Virus record (IMG/VR): IMGVR_UViG_2974655483_000001
Location: 110,671-174,670 of that record
Direction: 5' to 3' (one strand)
Source: a virus
Taxonomy: Duplodnaviria > Caudoviricetes
Length of the DNA: 64,000 nt
Both the position numbers and the translations under genes were made by a program. The notes below the pieces were generated by a model. That model searched no databases. It worked only from the letters and a program-made list of their open reading frames with translations, and was not told the origin of the DNA. Positions 37,467 through 47,126 of this stretch are shown here, piece by piece (positions within the stretch are counted from its first letter, which is position 1; every line of letters starts with the position of its first letter).

Positions 37467-38939
37467 ATGAATCTCAGAGATCTTCCCGATATGTCTGCTG
37501 CCTATAAACAGGTGCAGGAAAAGAACGATGGTAACCTCGCTAACAACGCTCCTCCTTATGATAAGGTAACCCGCCGTGATGTTATCACTGGTGCCAAGGG
37601 TAAGGATGAGATGGGTGGTAAGCGTAAGAAGCACGATTGTGCTAAGAAAGTTAATTACGAAGGTAAAGAGTTTGATGTCATCCCTGAAATGCACACCATG
37701 CTTGAAGATGGTACAGTAACTCATTATGATATTGAAGATGCTGAGTATATCTACGAGAACGTCCCTGTCGGAGATCTTGAGATTCTGATTTCTGAGAAGC
37801 ACGAGCACTTTGATAACTACGATAAGAATGCTGAGGTTCTTGGGGAAGGTATTGATGCCAAGGGTGCTGCTCGCATGGATGCTGCTAAGGGTAAGAAGAA
37901 AGAGACTCAAGACGAAATTGATAAGCGTCTTATGATGGGTAAGTATTCTCCCTCAGCTAAGAAAGAAGCATTTGCATTCTCAGAAGAAGACTTTGCTGAG
38001 TTGGAAACTCTTGGAGAAGAGATTGATTCACTGACTGATGAGCAACTCATTGATGTCATGGAAGATATTATCCTTGAGATGGCACAAGATGACCAAGACT
38101 TGATTGAAATCTGTGAGCACCTTGAGGGTGTTGAGGTTCTGTCTGAAGAGAAGACTAAGCAACTTGAACTCAAGTTACAACCTTCCCGTATGGATCGTCT
38201 GAAGGGTGCTGCTAAGAAAGCAGGTGAAAAGGTTGGTGCTGCTGCTAAGAAAGCAGGTAGTGCAGTCAAGACAGGCGTCAAGGCAGCAGGTAAGTCTGTT
38301 GCTAAGAATGCAGGTAAAGCAGTTGGTGAATTCCAAGCAGCACGCACCAAAGCAAAGCGTGCATCGATGGAAAAAACTCCTGCCAAGTCCAAGTCATCTG
38401 ACGATGATGGTACTGGTGGTAAGTTGGATGGTGTTCTGAGCAGCATCAGAAAGTCTAAAGGTACAGGTTCAAGTTCTAGCAGTAGTTCCGACAGCGGTTC
38501 TTCTTCTAGTGGTGGCGGGGAAAGAGATGCAGGTTCTGAGGCACGTCAGCGTCTCACTGCTAAGAAGAAAGGTCCTAGTCTTCTGAGAAGAGCAGCAGGT
38601 GCTGTTGGTAGAGGTCTGAAGAAAGCAGTTGGTAAGACTGCTCGTGCAGTATCGAGCGGCAGTGGCAAACTTGCCAAGCGTCTTGGCGAAGATTATGATC
38701 AGATTGCACACTTGTATGAGTCTGGACTCTTCTCTATCGAAGAGATTGAGAATGTAATTGAAGAGGGTTACAAAGAACTGCCCAAGAATAAAATGTTCCG
38801 TAAGGCAGGAAACTTAGGTCGTGAGGTTGTAAGTCCTTCTACTACTGATGCAAAGCGTCAGAAGTCATACGATCGTTCCAAGAAAATTGTTAAGACTCTC
38901 AACAAGGAAACTGAAAAACAAGAAAGAGGGGAGAAGTGA
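37467..38939 (+). CDS. Putative internal head protein, modular charged low-complexity
   Basis: Alternating acidic and Lys/Ala-rich blocks separated by (L/I/V)-x-E motifs. Confidence 0.65.
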   Translation: MNLRDLPDMSAAYKQVQEKNDGNLANNAPPYDKVTRRDVITGAKGKDEMGGKRKKHDCAKKVNYEGKEFDVIPEMHTMLEDGTVTHYDIEDAEYIYENVPVGDLEILISEKHEHFDNYDKNAEVLGEGIDAKGAARMDAAKGKKKETQDEIDKRLMMGKYSPSAKKEAFAFSEEDFAELETLGEEIDSLTDEQLIDVMEDIILEMAQDDQDLIEICEHLEGVEVLSEEKTKQLELKLQPSRMDRLKGAAKKAGEKVGAAAKKAGSAVKTGVKAAGKSVAKNAGKAVGEFQAARTKAKRASMEKTPAKSKSSDDDGTGGKLDGVLSSIRKSKGTGSSSSSSSDSGSSSSGGGERDAGSEARQRLTAKKKGPSLLRRAAGAVGRGLKKAVGKTARAVSSGSGKLAKRLGEDYDQIAHLYESGLFSIEEIENVIEEGYKELPKNKMFRKAGNLGREVVSPSTTDAKRQKSYDRSKKIVKTLNKETEKQERGEK

Positions 38940-39571
38940 TGCTAAGTTTTAAAGCACTATCCGAAAGGAAAACTAAGGTCAAGATTAATCCCAGACAATC
39001 TGAGATTACTGAAAAGGAATGTGGATGTGATGATAAGAAAAAGAAAAAGTGTCCTAAGTGTGAAGGCAAAGGATGCAAGCATTGTGGTGGCACAGGTTAC
39101 CATGATGAAGATGGCGATGGTGCCGACATGAGCGAAGCGAAAAAGAAAGACGATTCTTATCTGGAGGTGAACTTCAAGAAGCGTCAAAAAAATAATGAGA
39201 AAGCTCGTAAAGAGATGGATAAAGTTCCAGGACAAAAAAACCCTCACTTTGAATCTAAGGAGAATTCAGCCTATGTCAGTCAAGAAGAAGTTTCAGAAGA
39301 AAGCACAGAAGAAGTCGCAGAAACTGAAACCCTCTTGACATTTAAACAATATGTTTCTGAGGAAGGTGCAGATTCATTGAAGGATCGTCGCATGGAGCGT
39401 GGTGGTGTTGGTGGTAACCAGCGTTACAACAAACCAATTAGTAACACACCTAATACCTTTGGCAAGAAAAAACCAAAGTATGATGGCATGTCAGCACTTG
39501 ATAAAGTAAAGGCAAGTATTGAGAAGCAGTATGGTAAAGGTGCCATCATGGACACCAAAAAGAAAAAGTAA
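38936..39571 (+). CDS. Putative internal head protein with CxxCxGxG zinc motif
   Basis: MLSFKALSE, CPKCEGKGCKHCGGTG, LTFKQYVSE. Confidence 0.65.
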   Translation: MMLSFKALSERKTKVKINPRQSEITEKECGCDDKKKKKCPKCEGKGCKHCGGTGYHDEDGDGADMSEAKKKDDSYLEVNFKKRQKNNEKARKEMDKVPGQKNPHFESKENSAYVSQEEVSEESTEEVAETETLLTFKQYVSEEGADSLKDRRMERGGVGGNQRYNKPISNTPNTFGKKKPKYDGMSALDKVKASIEKQYGKGAIMDTKKKK

Positions 39572-39605
39572 GCATATATAGATTAGATCCCTTTGGTAAC
39601 TAATC

Positions 39606-39809
39606 ATGCTTGCATTTCTACTCCCACTAGCGTCGAAAATCATTAAAGATGCCGTTTCAAATATTCCAGAGAATGAAGAACTTGGTGAGAAAATGGTTGA
39701 GATCTGTCTTGTTATTCTTTCTAAAGCAGTTAAGTTGACTAAGACTGATATGGACGACCAACTTCTCGAAGTTGTTAAGAAGGCAATGGTTTCACGCGAG
39801 GGAGAATGA
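39606..39809 (+). CDS. Hypothetical helical protein
   Basis: 67-aa ORF followed by a terminator. Confidence 0.75.
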   Translation: MLAFLLPLASKIIKDAVSNIPENEELGEKMVEICLVILSKAVKLTKTDMDDQLLEVVKKAMVSREGE

Positions 39810-39811
39810 TT

Positions 39812-39842
39812 AAAGGGGCGTAGTCCCCTTTTTTTATAAATA
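39812..39842 (+). terminator. Terminator with overlapping late promoter TATAAATA (39835-39842)
   Basis: AAAGGGG-cgtagt-CCCCTTT + T-run. Confidence 0.75.
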
Positions 39843-39871
39843 AATATATTGGAATTAATACGGAGTAACCC

Positions 39872-40492
39872 ATGTCTCTTTACGGGAGAACTGACAGCGA
39901 CGCAAATAAAACTCAAGCAGGACTCGCCCGTGGTAACGGTGCTGGATCCGCTACTGAGACAATTGTGTTTATTGATGCTGCCGAAGCAGCATTGAACGAG
40001 AACGCTTCTCGTGGTATCACTGGTCCTGGTTGGTGGGCATATAAGACCTACACTGATGGCGCTGGTAATACTCGTCACAAGGCAGAATGTCTTGCCTTCA
40101 TCAGCAACCCTGATGGCACAGAAACACAAGCAGATGATACTATCGCAGCAGACGTAGCATCGGCAGTAACCATTACGGTTCAACCTGCAGCATCTACATC
40201 TTCTAGTGAGGCTGGTACATTCACGCTTACCACTACCACCACTGGAACACCTGGTGCTCTGTCTTATGTCTGGCAACGTCAGACCGCAGCAGCAACAACC
40301 CGTTGGGTTAACATTGCAGCAGACACTGACGCTGGTATCACCTACGCAGACTTCACTACTGCAACTCTTGCATATAGTGCTTACGGTGATGATTCACTTG
40401 ACGGTTATAAGTACCGTGTCAAGATCACCTCAGCAGGTGGTACTGAAGAAGTCATCTCTGATGGTGCAGCAACACTGACCTACGGCGATTGA
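39872..40492 (+). CDS. Virion structural protein with Ig-like domain
   Basis: ITVQPA...LSYVWQ...DGYKYRVKIT...SDGAATLT; late promoter and GGAG RBS. Confidence 0.8.
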   Translation: MSLYGRTDSDANKTQAGLARGNGAGSATETIVFIDAAEAALNENASRGITGPGWWAYKTYTDGAGNTRHKAECLAFISNPDGTETQADDTIAADVASAVTITVQPAASTSSSEAGTFTLTTTTTGTPGALSYVWQRQTAAATTRWVNIAADTDAGITYADFTTATLAYSAYGDDSLDGYKYRVKITSAGGTEEVISDGAATLTYGD

Positions 40493-40495
40493 TAA

Positions 40496-40858
40496 ATGAA
40501 ATTTGACGAACTGAATGAGTCCAACTACATTCTGTTCGCCATTAAGCATTATGAGAATCCTGCTTGTGTAACGCGAGAGGATTTTGATGAGGACATCAAA
40601 CGCTTTAAGTATCTGAAAAGACTCTTAAAGCGTTATGTGCGTGGAGGGTCATTAAGAACTCACCTAGTTATTAATCATCTTATTATTCTTTATAATGTTT
40701 TTGGTGAAGCAGCAACTCCCTTATTATTTTTCAGACTTGAAAGAGAGTATTGGAGTATTTTGAAAACTGTATTACTTTATTTGAATAAATACCCTATAGG
40801 GATGCTTCCAGGTCTGGAAGTTGATGAGGATCTTAAAGAGGAACTGGAGCAATTATGA
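40496..40858 (+). CDS. Conserved T4-like hypothetical protein
   Basis: FAIKHYENP.C, DIKRFKYLKRL, NHLIILYNVFG. Confidence 0.85.
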   Translation: MKFDELNESNYILFAIKHYENPACVTREDFDEDIKRFKYLKRLLKRYVRGGSLRTHLVINHLIILYNVFGEAATPLLFFRLEREYWSILKTVLLYLNKYPIGMLPGLEVDEDLKEELEQL

Positions 40859-41412
40859 CAGTTATGACTGCTGGTACTGGAGGATTTAGTGGCGCTTCAG
40901 ATGCTACAGGACCTACTGCTGGATTTGATCCTGTGATGAAGTTTCGTAGTAAATTAAAAAAGAAAAGTAAAGAGGATAAGAAACTTGTGATGCCTGGTAA
41001 CAAACTAGGCGAATCAAAAGAAAATCCTTCAATGCCATCCAGACTTTTTCAGTATAAAGTCACAATCCCTGAAGTTGGTGAGACTATTGTCTATGCAAGT
41101 TCTCCTGCAGAACTGAGACAAAAGATGCGTCTGTTAATAAACTATCGCTATAGAGGTGAGATTAAAATTGAAAGAATACTACCTGCTAATGCTGGTAAGT
41201 TCTTTATGGACAAGCGTATGAATCATTTGCGTAACGTCAAAGAGAATGTTGATAAGCAAATGCAGCAGCAAATGACGCAGCAGCAAATTGCCAACGAAAA
41301 GAAAAAAGTTAATATGAAAATTAAGGAGTTGCAAAGTCAACTTCAAAAGAAAACTGCATCCTTGAAATTAAAAGCAAGGGCAGGTGGCGCACAAGCAACT
41401 GTAGATAGGTAG
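40855..41412 (+). CDS. Hypothetical protein
   Basis: ATGA-coupled; GGFSG...AGFDP N-terminus. Confidence 0.75.
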   Translation: MTVMTAGTGGFSGASDATGPTAGFDPVMKFRSKLKKKSKEDKKLVMPGNKLGESKENPSMPSRLFQYKVTIPEVGETIVYASSPAELRQKMRLLINYRYRGEIKIERILPANAGKFFMDKRMNHLRNVKENVDKQMQQQMTQQQIANEKKKVNMKIKELQSQLQKKTASLKLKARAGGAQATVDR

Positions 41413-41414
41413 CT

Positions 41415-41789
41415 ATGGAAAATCAAATCAATGCAGCCATTTTAGAAAGATTAGAAAGAGTTGTAGATACGCTACAAGACAACTCTATTCAAATGGGCAA
41501 GCTTCTTGCTGTCCATAATGAAAAACTAGATAAGCAAGATAAGGTTGATACGATTCTGTTTGAAAAGTTGGACAGATTATCTGCAGATTTAAATCGAGAG
41601 ACTACTGCGATTAAGAAAGGGTGTGAAAGAGATATCCGTCTTATTGATGATAGACTTAGAGTATTAGAAAAGAAGATGTGGAGTATTGCAGGAGCACTAG
41701 CAGTGATTAGTGTTTTGATTTCCCCTCTTGGACAAAAAATTCTTGGAAATGCATTGACACCACCGCCAGTAGATGGTAGACTACGATAG
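41415..41789 (+). CDS. Coiled-coil protein with C-terminal TM
   Basis: KLLAVHNEKL, RLRVLEKKMW followed by a hydrophobic helix. Confidence 0.75.
   Translation: MENQINAAILERLERVVDTLQDNSIQMGKLLAVHNEKLDKQDKVDTILFEKLDRLSADLNRETTAIKKGCERDIRLIDDRLRVLEKKMWSIAGALAVISVLISPLGQKILGNALTPPPVDGRLR
41754..41782 (+). promoter_or_regulatory. sigma70-type promoter for primase
   Basis: TTGACA-N17-TAGACT. Confidence 0.65.
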
Positions 41790-41807
41790 TCCTACAGCAT
41801 CTCAAAG

Positions 41808-42806
41808 TTGTCTGAATTTGTCGATGCTCATTATGTAAGTCTCCTTTCAGGACGACTGGAAAAGTTTGCTCGTAAGAAGGCAGACCTTTATAACTTTCGC
41901 TGTCCTTACTGTGGTGACTCTCAGAAGCATCGTAACAAGGCACGAGGGTACTTCTTTCGTATCAAGGCAGACATGGTGTTCAAGTGCCATAACTGTGGCG
42001 TAGGAAGGACGCTACCAAATTTTCTAAAAGACAATGCACCTGATCTTTATGATGAATATATCATGGAGAGGTACAAGTCTGGAACAACTGGTAAAGGGTC
42101 ATATGTGCCCAAACCAAAACTAACTAAGTTTGAAAAACCGAAGTTCAAAAAGAAAGGAGAACTTCAAAGTATCAAAGAACTAAATAATGAACACCCTGCA
42201 GTTGGATACCTTCTCGGTCGTAAAATTCCTGAGAAATATTTCTCGGATTTATTCTATACTGATAAGTTTTTTACCTGGGTAAACACACAGAAACCAACGT
42301 TCAAAGATGTCAAAAAGGATCACCCCAGAATTATTATCCCTTTCATTGACACAGATGGAACTTGGTTTGGATTTCAAGGAAGGTCCCTAGCATCAAAGGA
42401 TAAGTTGAGATACATCACTATCATGCTGGACGAATCCAAAACTAAAATTTTTGGTCTTAATAGAGTAGACTTCAATAAGACCATATACATTACAGAAGGA
42501 CCGTTTGATAGTTTGTATATTGACAATGCAATTGCTATGGCAGGAGCAGATGTTGATTGGGAATTATTACGAGACAAAGAAGTTGTTTTCGTCTATGATA
42601 ATGAGCAGCGTAACAAAGAGATCATTGTTCGTATGCAAAAAGTCATCGACAAAGGATATGAGATTGTCATCTGGCCAAAAAATCTAGAGGATAAAGATTT
42701 AAATGATATGTTCCTTGCTGGACATGATGTCCAATCTCTAGTAGAATTCAACACTTACAGCGGACTACAAGCACAGATTAAACTAAGCGAATGGAAAAAA
42801 GTATGA
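41808..42806 (+). CDS. g61: DNA primase gp61
   Basis: CPYCGDS...CHNCG zinc finger, FQGR, EGPFDS, KDLND. Confidence 0.96.
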   Translation: MSEFVDAHYVSLLSGRLEKFARKKADLYNFRCPYCGDSQKHRNKARGYFFRIKADMVFKCHNCGVGRTLPNFLKDNAPDLYDEYIMERYKSGTTGKGSYVPKPKLTKFEKPKFKKKGELQSIKELNNEHPAVGYLLGRKIPEKYFSDLFYTDKFFTWVNTQKPTFKDVKKDHPRIIIPFIDTDGTWFGFQGRSLASKDKLRYITIMLDESKTKIFGLNRVDFNKTIYITEGPFDSLYIDNAIAMAGADVDWELLRDKEVVFVYDNEQRNKEIIVRMQKVIDKGYEIVIWPKNLEDKDLNDMFLAGHDVQSLVEFNTYSGLQAQIKLSEWKKV

Positions 42807-45103
42807 AAGAAATCCAGGTAATCAAGAGGGATGGGGTGAGCGAACCTCTAAATCTTGATAAAATTCATGTGATGGTTGAGCGTGCTTGCAATGGACTTGC
42901 TGGTGTGTCTGAGTCTCAGGTAGAAATGAATGCCAATCTACAATTTTTTGATGGCATTAAGACTTCAGATATTCAAGAAATCTTGATTCGTTCTGCTAAT
43001 GATCTTATCTCATTAGATGCTCCTAACTACCAGTTTGTTGCTGCTAGACTTCTTTTGTTTGGTCTAAGGAAGGCAGTATATAATGGACATCCAGATGGAC
43101 ATCCTCCCTTACTGGAGCATGTGGAGAAGTGTGTATCGAGAAAGATTTATGATGCGTCCATTCTTAAAAAATATACAGAGCAAGAGTGGGAAAAACTATC
43201 TGGTTATATGGATCATGAACGGGATTATCTATTCACCTATGCTGGAGTACGACAGGTTGTAGATAAATACTTAGTGCAGGATCGTAGCACTGGGAATCTT
43301 TTTGAAACACCCCAGTACATGTACATGATGATTGCTGCTACGTTGTTTCAAGATGACGATAAATTTTACAGACTAGAATACGTCAGAAAATACTACGATG
43401 CAATCTCCAAACACCGAATCAACATTCCAACCCCCGTCATGGCAGGAGTGCGAACGCCTCTCCGTCAGTTTGCGAGTTGTGTTCTCGTTGATGTTGATGA
43501 CACCCTCGATTCTATCTTTAGCAGTGACATGGCTATTGGTAAATATGTTGCACAACGTGCAGGAATCGGCATCAACGCAGGTCGAATCCGTGGCATCAAC
43601 GCTAAAATCAGAGGTGGAGAGGTACAACACACAGGCGTGGTCCCCTTCCTTAAAAAGTTTGAATCAACTGTACGATGCTGTACACAAAACGGCATCAGAG
43701 GTGGTTCTGCTACAGTTCACTTTCCTATCTGGCACCAAGAAATAGAAGACATTATTGTTCTTAAGAATAATAAAGGAACAGAAGACAACCGAGTGAGGAA
43801 ACTTGACTACTCAATCCAACTATCAAAAATTTTCTACGAGCGTTTCATTGCGAATGGAGAGATTAGCCTCTTCTCACCGCATGACGTACCAGGTCTCTAT
43901 GATGCTTTTGGTACTGATACATTTGACGATCTCTATGTACGCTATGAATCAGATGACTTTACTCCAAGAAAGACTATCGGGGCACAAGAACTCTTTCTAA
44001 GTCTCCTTAAGGAGAGAGCAGAGACTGGTCGTCTTTACTTGATGAATATTGACCACTGTAATAGTCACTCATCCTTTAAGGATAAGGTGAACATGTCTAA
44101 CCTGTGTCAGGAAATCACCCTGCCTACTGATCCTATTAGTCACATTGATGATCCTAAAGGAGAGATTGCTTTGTGTATTCTGTCTGCTATCAATGTTGGC
44201 AAACTAAAGAACCTTGATGAATTAGATGAACTCTGTGACCTTGCTGTGAGGGGTCTGGATGCCTTGATTGATTATCAGGAGTATCCAGTTGAGGCAGCAA
44301 AGCAAAGCACCATAAACAGGCGTTCTCTTGGCGTTGGTTATATTGGTCTCGCACACTACTTGGCAAGGCATGGTGCATCATATGACAGTACTAAGGCACA
44401 TGACCTAGTACATAAACTGACTGAGCGTTTCCAATTTGCTTTATTGTCAGCATCAAATAGTCTCTCAATGGAGAAGGGTCCTTGCGGATATTTTGGTAAA
44501 ACTAAGTACGCTGATGGAATTCTTCCAATCGATACATATAAGAACGACGTTGATGAGATTGTACCGAATGACCTTCAGTGTGATTGGGAATTTCTTAGAG
44601 GCAGGATCAAGCAGTACGGTCTTAGGAACTCAACATTGTCCGCACAAATGCCATCGGAAAGCAGTTCCGTTGTGTCAAATGCAACCAATGGAATCGAGCC
44701 TCCTAGAGCATACTTGTCCATTAAGAAGTCCAAAAAAGGACCTCTTAAGCAGATTGTTCCACAGTATAGTACGTTGAAAAATGCATATACTCTGCTTTGG
44801 GACATGCCTAATAATGATGGATACATTAAAATTGCTGCAGTGATGCAGAAATTCTTTGACCAGGCAATCTCTGGTAACTGGAGTTACAATCCAGAAATGT
44901 ATCCTGATAATGAAGTGCCCGTGTCTGTGATGGCAAAAGATCTTCTTACTACTTACAAGTATGGATGGAAGACTTCTTATTATCAGAACACATATGATAA
45001 TAAGAAAGATGGCGATGAAGAACCAGCACCTGAAAGTGTTGACAATTTAATAACCGAACTGCTAGAATCCGAGGAGGAAGACTGTGAGTCCTGCAAAATC
45101 TGA
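42803..45103 (+). CDS. nrdA: Ribonucleotide reductase class I alpha subunit
   Basis: ATP cone (VIKRDG), QFASC, SNLCQEI, NATNGIEP, terminal CESC. Confidence 0.98.
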   Translation: MKEIQVIKRDGVSEPLNLDKIHVMVERACNGLAGVSESQVEMNANLQFFDGIKTSDIQEILIRSANDLISLDAPNYQFVAARLLLFGLRKAVYNGHPDGHPPLLEHVEKCVSRKIYDASILKKYTEQEWEKLSGYMDHERDYLFTYAGVRQVVDKYLVQDRSTGNLFETPQYMYMMIAATLFQDDDKFYRLEYVRKYYDAISKHRINIPTPVMAGVRTPLRQFASCVLVDVDDTLDSIFSSDMAIGKYVAQRAGIGINAGRIRGINAKIRGGEVQHTGVVPFLKKFESTVRCCTQNGIRGGSATVHFPIWHQEIEDIIVLKNNKGTEDNRVRKLDYSIQLSKIFYERFIANGEISLFSPHDVPGLYDAFGTDTFDDLYVRYESDDFTPRKTIGAQELFLSLLKERAETGRLYLMNIDHCNSHSSFKDKVNMSNLCQEITLPTDPISHIDDPKGEIALCILSAINVGKLKNLDELDELCDLAVRGLDALIDYQEYPVEAAKQSTINRRSLGVGYIGLAHYLARHGASYDSTKAHDLVHKLTERFQFALLSASNSLSMEKGPCGYFGKTKYADGILPIDTYKNDVDEIVPNDLQCDWEFLRGRIKQYGLRNSTLSAQMPSESSSVVSNATNGIEPPRAYLSIKKSKKGPLKQIVPQYSTLKNAYTLLWDMPNNDGYIKIAAVMQKFFDQAISGNWSYNPEMYPDNEVPVSVMAKDLLTTYKYGWKTSYYQNTYDNKKDGDEEPAPESVDNLITELLESEEEDCESCKI

Positions 45104-46244
45104 ACTACAAGGAATGACCGTATTTAACAAGAATAAAGTAGACACAAAGAAACAACCCATGTTTTTTGGGCAACCTCTTGGAGTGCAGAGGTATGATTCA
45201 TATAAGTATCCTGTGTTTGACAAACTAACTCAGCAACAACTGGGTTATTTTTGGAGACCAGAAGAAGTATCCCTACAGAAAGACCGTGCCGATTACCAAA
45301 CTCTATCGCCAGAGCAGAAGCACATCTTCACTAGTAACCTTAAGTACCAAATCATGTTGGATAGCGTACAAGGGAGGGGTCCTGGGATGGCTTTTAGCCC
45401 TTACTGTTCACTCCCTGAGTTAGAAGCATGTATGAATGTGTGGCAGTTTATGGAGATGATTCATAGTCGCTCTTATACTTACATCATCAAGAATGTATAT
45501 TCAGATCCTACAGAAGTCTTTGATACTATTTTAGATGATGAGCGTATTTTGGATAGGGCATCATCAGTGACTGAATCTTATGATGACTTTATCAATCACG
45601 CTCACGAGTATGATAATGGAACCATGTGGGAACTGGCAAAGGATGGTCACTATGCAGGACAGTTTGATCGTCGTGAACTGAAACGTAAACTCTATCGTGC
45701 AGTTGCTAATGTGAATATCCTTGAGGGTATTCGTTTCTATACATCCTTTGCATGTTCATTTGCTTTCGGTGAGAACAAACTCATGGAAGGTAGTGCAAAG
45801 ATTCTTTCATTGATTGCTCGTGACGAATCTCAGCATTTGAATCTGACTCAAAATATTCTTCGTAAGTGGTCGGAGGGTGATGACCCAGAGATGGAAGTCA
45901 TTGCTAGAGAGGAACAATCATGGGTAATGAGTATGTTCCAGCGTGCTGTAGATGAAGAGAAGATGTGGGCAGAGTATCTATTTAAAAATGGATCTATGAT
46001 TGGATTGAATGAGCGTCTTCTTCATAACTATGTTGAGTGGATTGCTAATCGTCGTATGAAAGCAATCGGCATCAAACCTATGTTTGACATCCCTGCTAAA
46101 AACAATCCGTTACCTTGGACGGAGCACTGGTTAAATAGTAAAGGACAGCAAAATGCACCTCAAGAAACGGAGATTGAAAGTTATGTCATCGGAGGAATCA
46201 AACAAGACGTTGAAGCAAACACCTTCGCAGGATTCTCCCTCTAG
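45084..46244 (+). CDS. nrdB: Ribonucleotide reductase class I beta subunit
   Basis: FWRPEE, EMIHSRSY, LEGIRFY, RDESQH, APQETEI.SY. Confidence 0.97.
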   Translation: MSPAKSELQGMTVFNKNKVDTKKQPMFFGQPLGVQRYDSYKYPVFDKLTQQQLGYFWRPEEVSLQKDRADYQTLSPEQKHIFTSNLKYQIMLDSVQGRGPGMAFSPYCSLPELEACMNVWQFMEMIHSRSYTYIIKNVYSDPTEVFDTILDDERILDRASSVTESYDDFINHAHEYDNGTMWELAKDGHYAGQFDRRELKRKLYRAVANVNILEGIRFYTSFACSFAFGENKLMEGSAKILSLIARDESQHLNLTQNILRKWSEGDDPEMEVIAREEQSWVMSMFQRAVDEEKMWAEYLFKNGSMIGLNERLLHNYVEWIANRRMKAIGIKPMFDIPAKNNPLPWTEHWLNSKGQQNAPQETEIESYVIGGIKQDVEANTFAGFSL

Positions 46245-46572
46245 TGATGAATGCTATAGGGCAATCCTAGATGCAGCAGAACACGGTTGGGATGACCTAT
46301 TAGATAAGGCAGACCAACCAGCAAACCCTTTCGCAGAAGAACTTTGGTTAATGGAAAAGAAAAAAGCACAGCAACAAAAAGAAACTGATGACATCGTTGT
46401 CAATATGGATGGTGGTGTTGGCGGTAGTTGGCAAACTGTAGAAACCCCTGAAGAACGCAACACCCGTCATAGTGTTGATAAGGGTGAAGAGTTTATCAAA
46501 AGTGGTATGACCCTTATCACAGACATTGATAGTGATAAGTATCTTAAATCAGCACGACGCAATTCAAAATAA
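46183..46572 (+). CDS. Hypothetical protein
   Basis: ORF between nrdB and the riboswitch region; start uncertain. Confidence 0.6.
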   Translation: MSSEESNKTLKQTPSQDSPSSDECYRAILDAAEHGWDDLLDKADQPANPFAEELWLMEKKKAQQQKETDDIVVNMDGGVGGSWQTVETPEERNTRHSVDKGEEFIKSGMTLITDIDSDKYLKSARRNSK

Positions 46573-46617
46573 GTATGCTACAATATAAATATAAGTGGCA
46601 GCGCAAGTTGCCATTTA

Positions 46618-46842
46618 CGTTCATCCCTTCGGGGACGCAAGTAAGTCGCGGAACGGAGCCGTTCATCCCATGCTAGAACTATTATTCTATTCGTCACTCA
46701 CATGTGCTCAAGCTGATAGCATTATGCTACGGATGAGAACAAATGAGAATATTCCTCCCGAATATAAGGTGGAATTGATTGAGGTCATGAAGGAATCAAC
46801 GCCTGATTGCTATCCATGGGACGCAAACGACTGAAGGAACGG
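46618..46842 (+). ncRNA. Glutamine riboswitch (glnA / Downstream-peptide type), double-aptamer arrangement
   Basis: CGTTCA-P2-CGCA-AGTA-AGTCG...CGACT-GAAG-GAACGG; second CGTTCA-P2-CGCA core inside; upstream of a YRG small protein; TATAAATA at 46584. Confidence 0.8.
46670..46834 (+). CDS. 54-aa protein nested in the riboswitch
   Basis: GGAG at 46655; MLELLFYSSLTCAQADSIMLRMRTNENIPPEYKVELIEVMKESTPDCYPWDAND. Confidence 0.7.
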   Translation: MLELLFYSSLTCAQADSIMLRMRTNENIPPEYKVELIEVMKESTPDCYPWDAND

Positions 46843-46876
46843 GGGAATAAACCACCCTAACTTCAGGAGTAACAAC

Positions 46877-47044
46877 ATGAACACATTACAAATGGTCAAA
46901 GAGCAGATCCAAAAGGCATCTGCAGTTCACAACGCACAAATTTCTCACACTTCATATCGTGGTGTTGAGTATTCTACTCGTTGTGTAGAGTCTAAAGAGA
47001 CTCATGGCACATTCTGTTATCGTGGTCGTACTTACAGCAAGTAA
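46877..47044 (+). CDS. 55-aa DUF4278-like (YRG motif) protein
   Basis: AGGAG RBS; MNTLQMVKEQ...TSYRGVEY...FCYRGRTYSK. Confidence 0.8.
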   Translation: MNTLQMVKEQIQKASAVHNAQISHTSYRGVEYSTRCVESKETHGTFCYRGRTYSK

Positions 47045-47065
47045 ATATTATTTGCATACGAACAC

Positions 47066-47090
47066 AAAGCACCCTTAGGGGTGCTTTTTT
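47066..47090 (+). terminator. Intrinsic terminator, followed by TGCTATAAT -10 for talC
   Basis: AAAGCACCC-TTAG-GGGTGCTTT + T-run. Confidence 0.85.
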
Positions 47091-47126
47091 GCTATAATAA
47101 ATACTGACAACCTATACGGGAGAGTC

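Noticed and set aside
39491-40276. 261-aa minus-strand ORF
   Set aside because: Antisense shadow across three well-supported + genes and a terminator; no RBS or recognisable motif
27384-45103. Inteins in g43, g41 or nrdA
   Set aside because: Normal lengths and no intein-sized insertions
46595-46669. 79-aa version of the nested ORF starting at GTG 46595
   Set aside because: Lies in a hairpin just after the promoter with no RBS; ATG 46670 has GGAG
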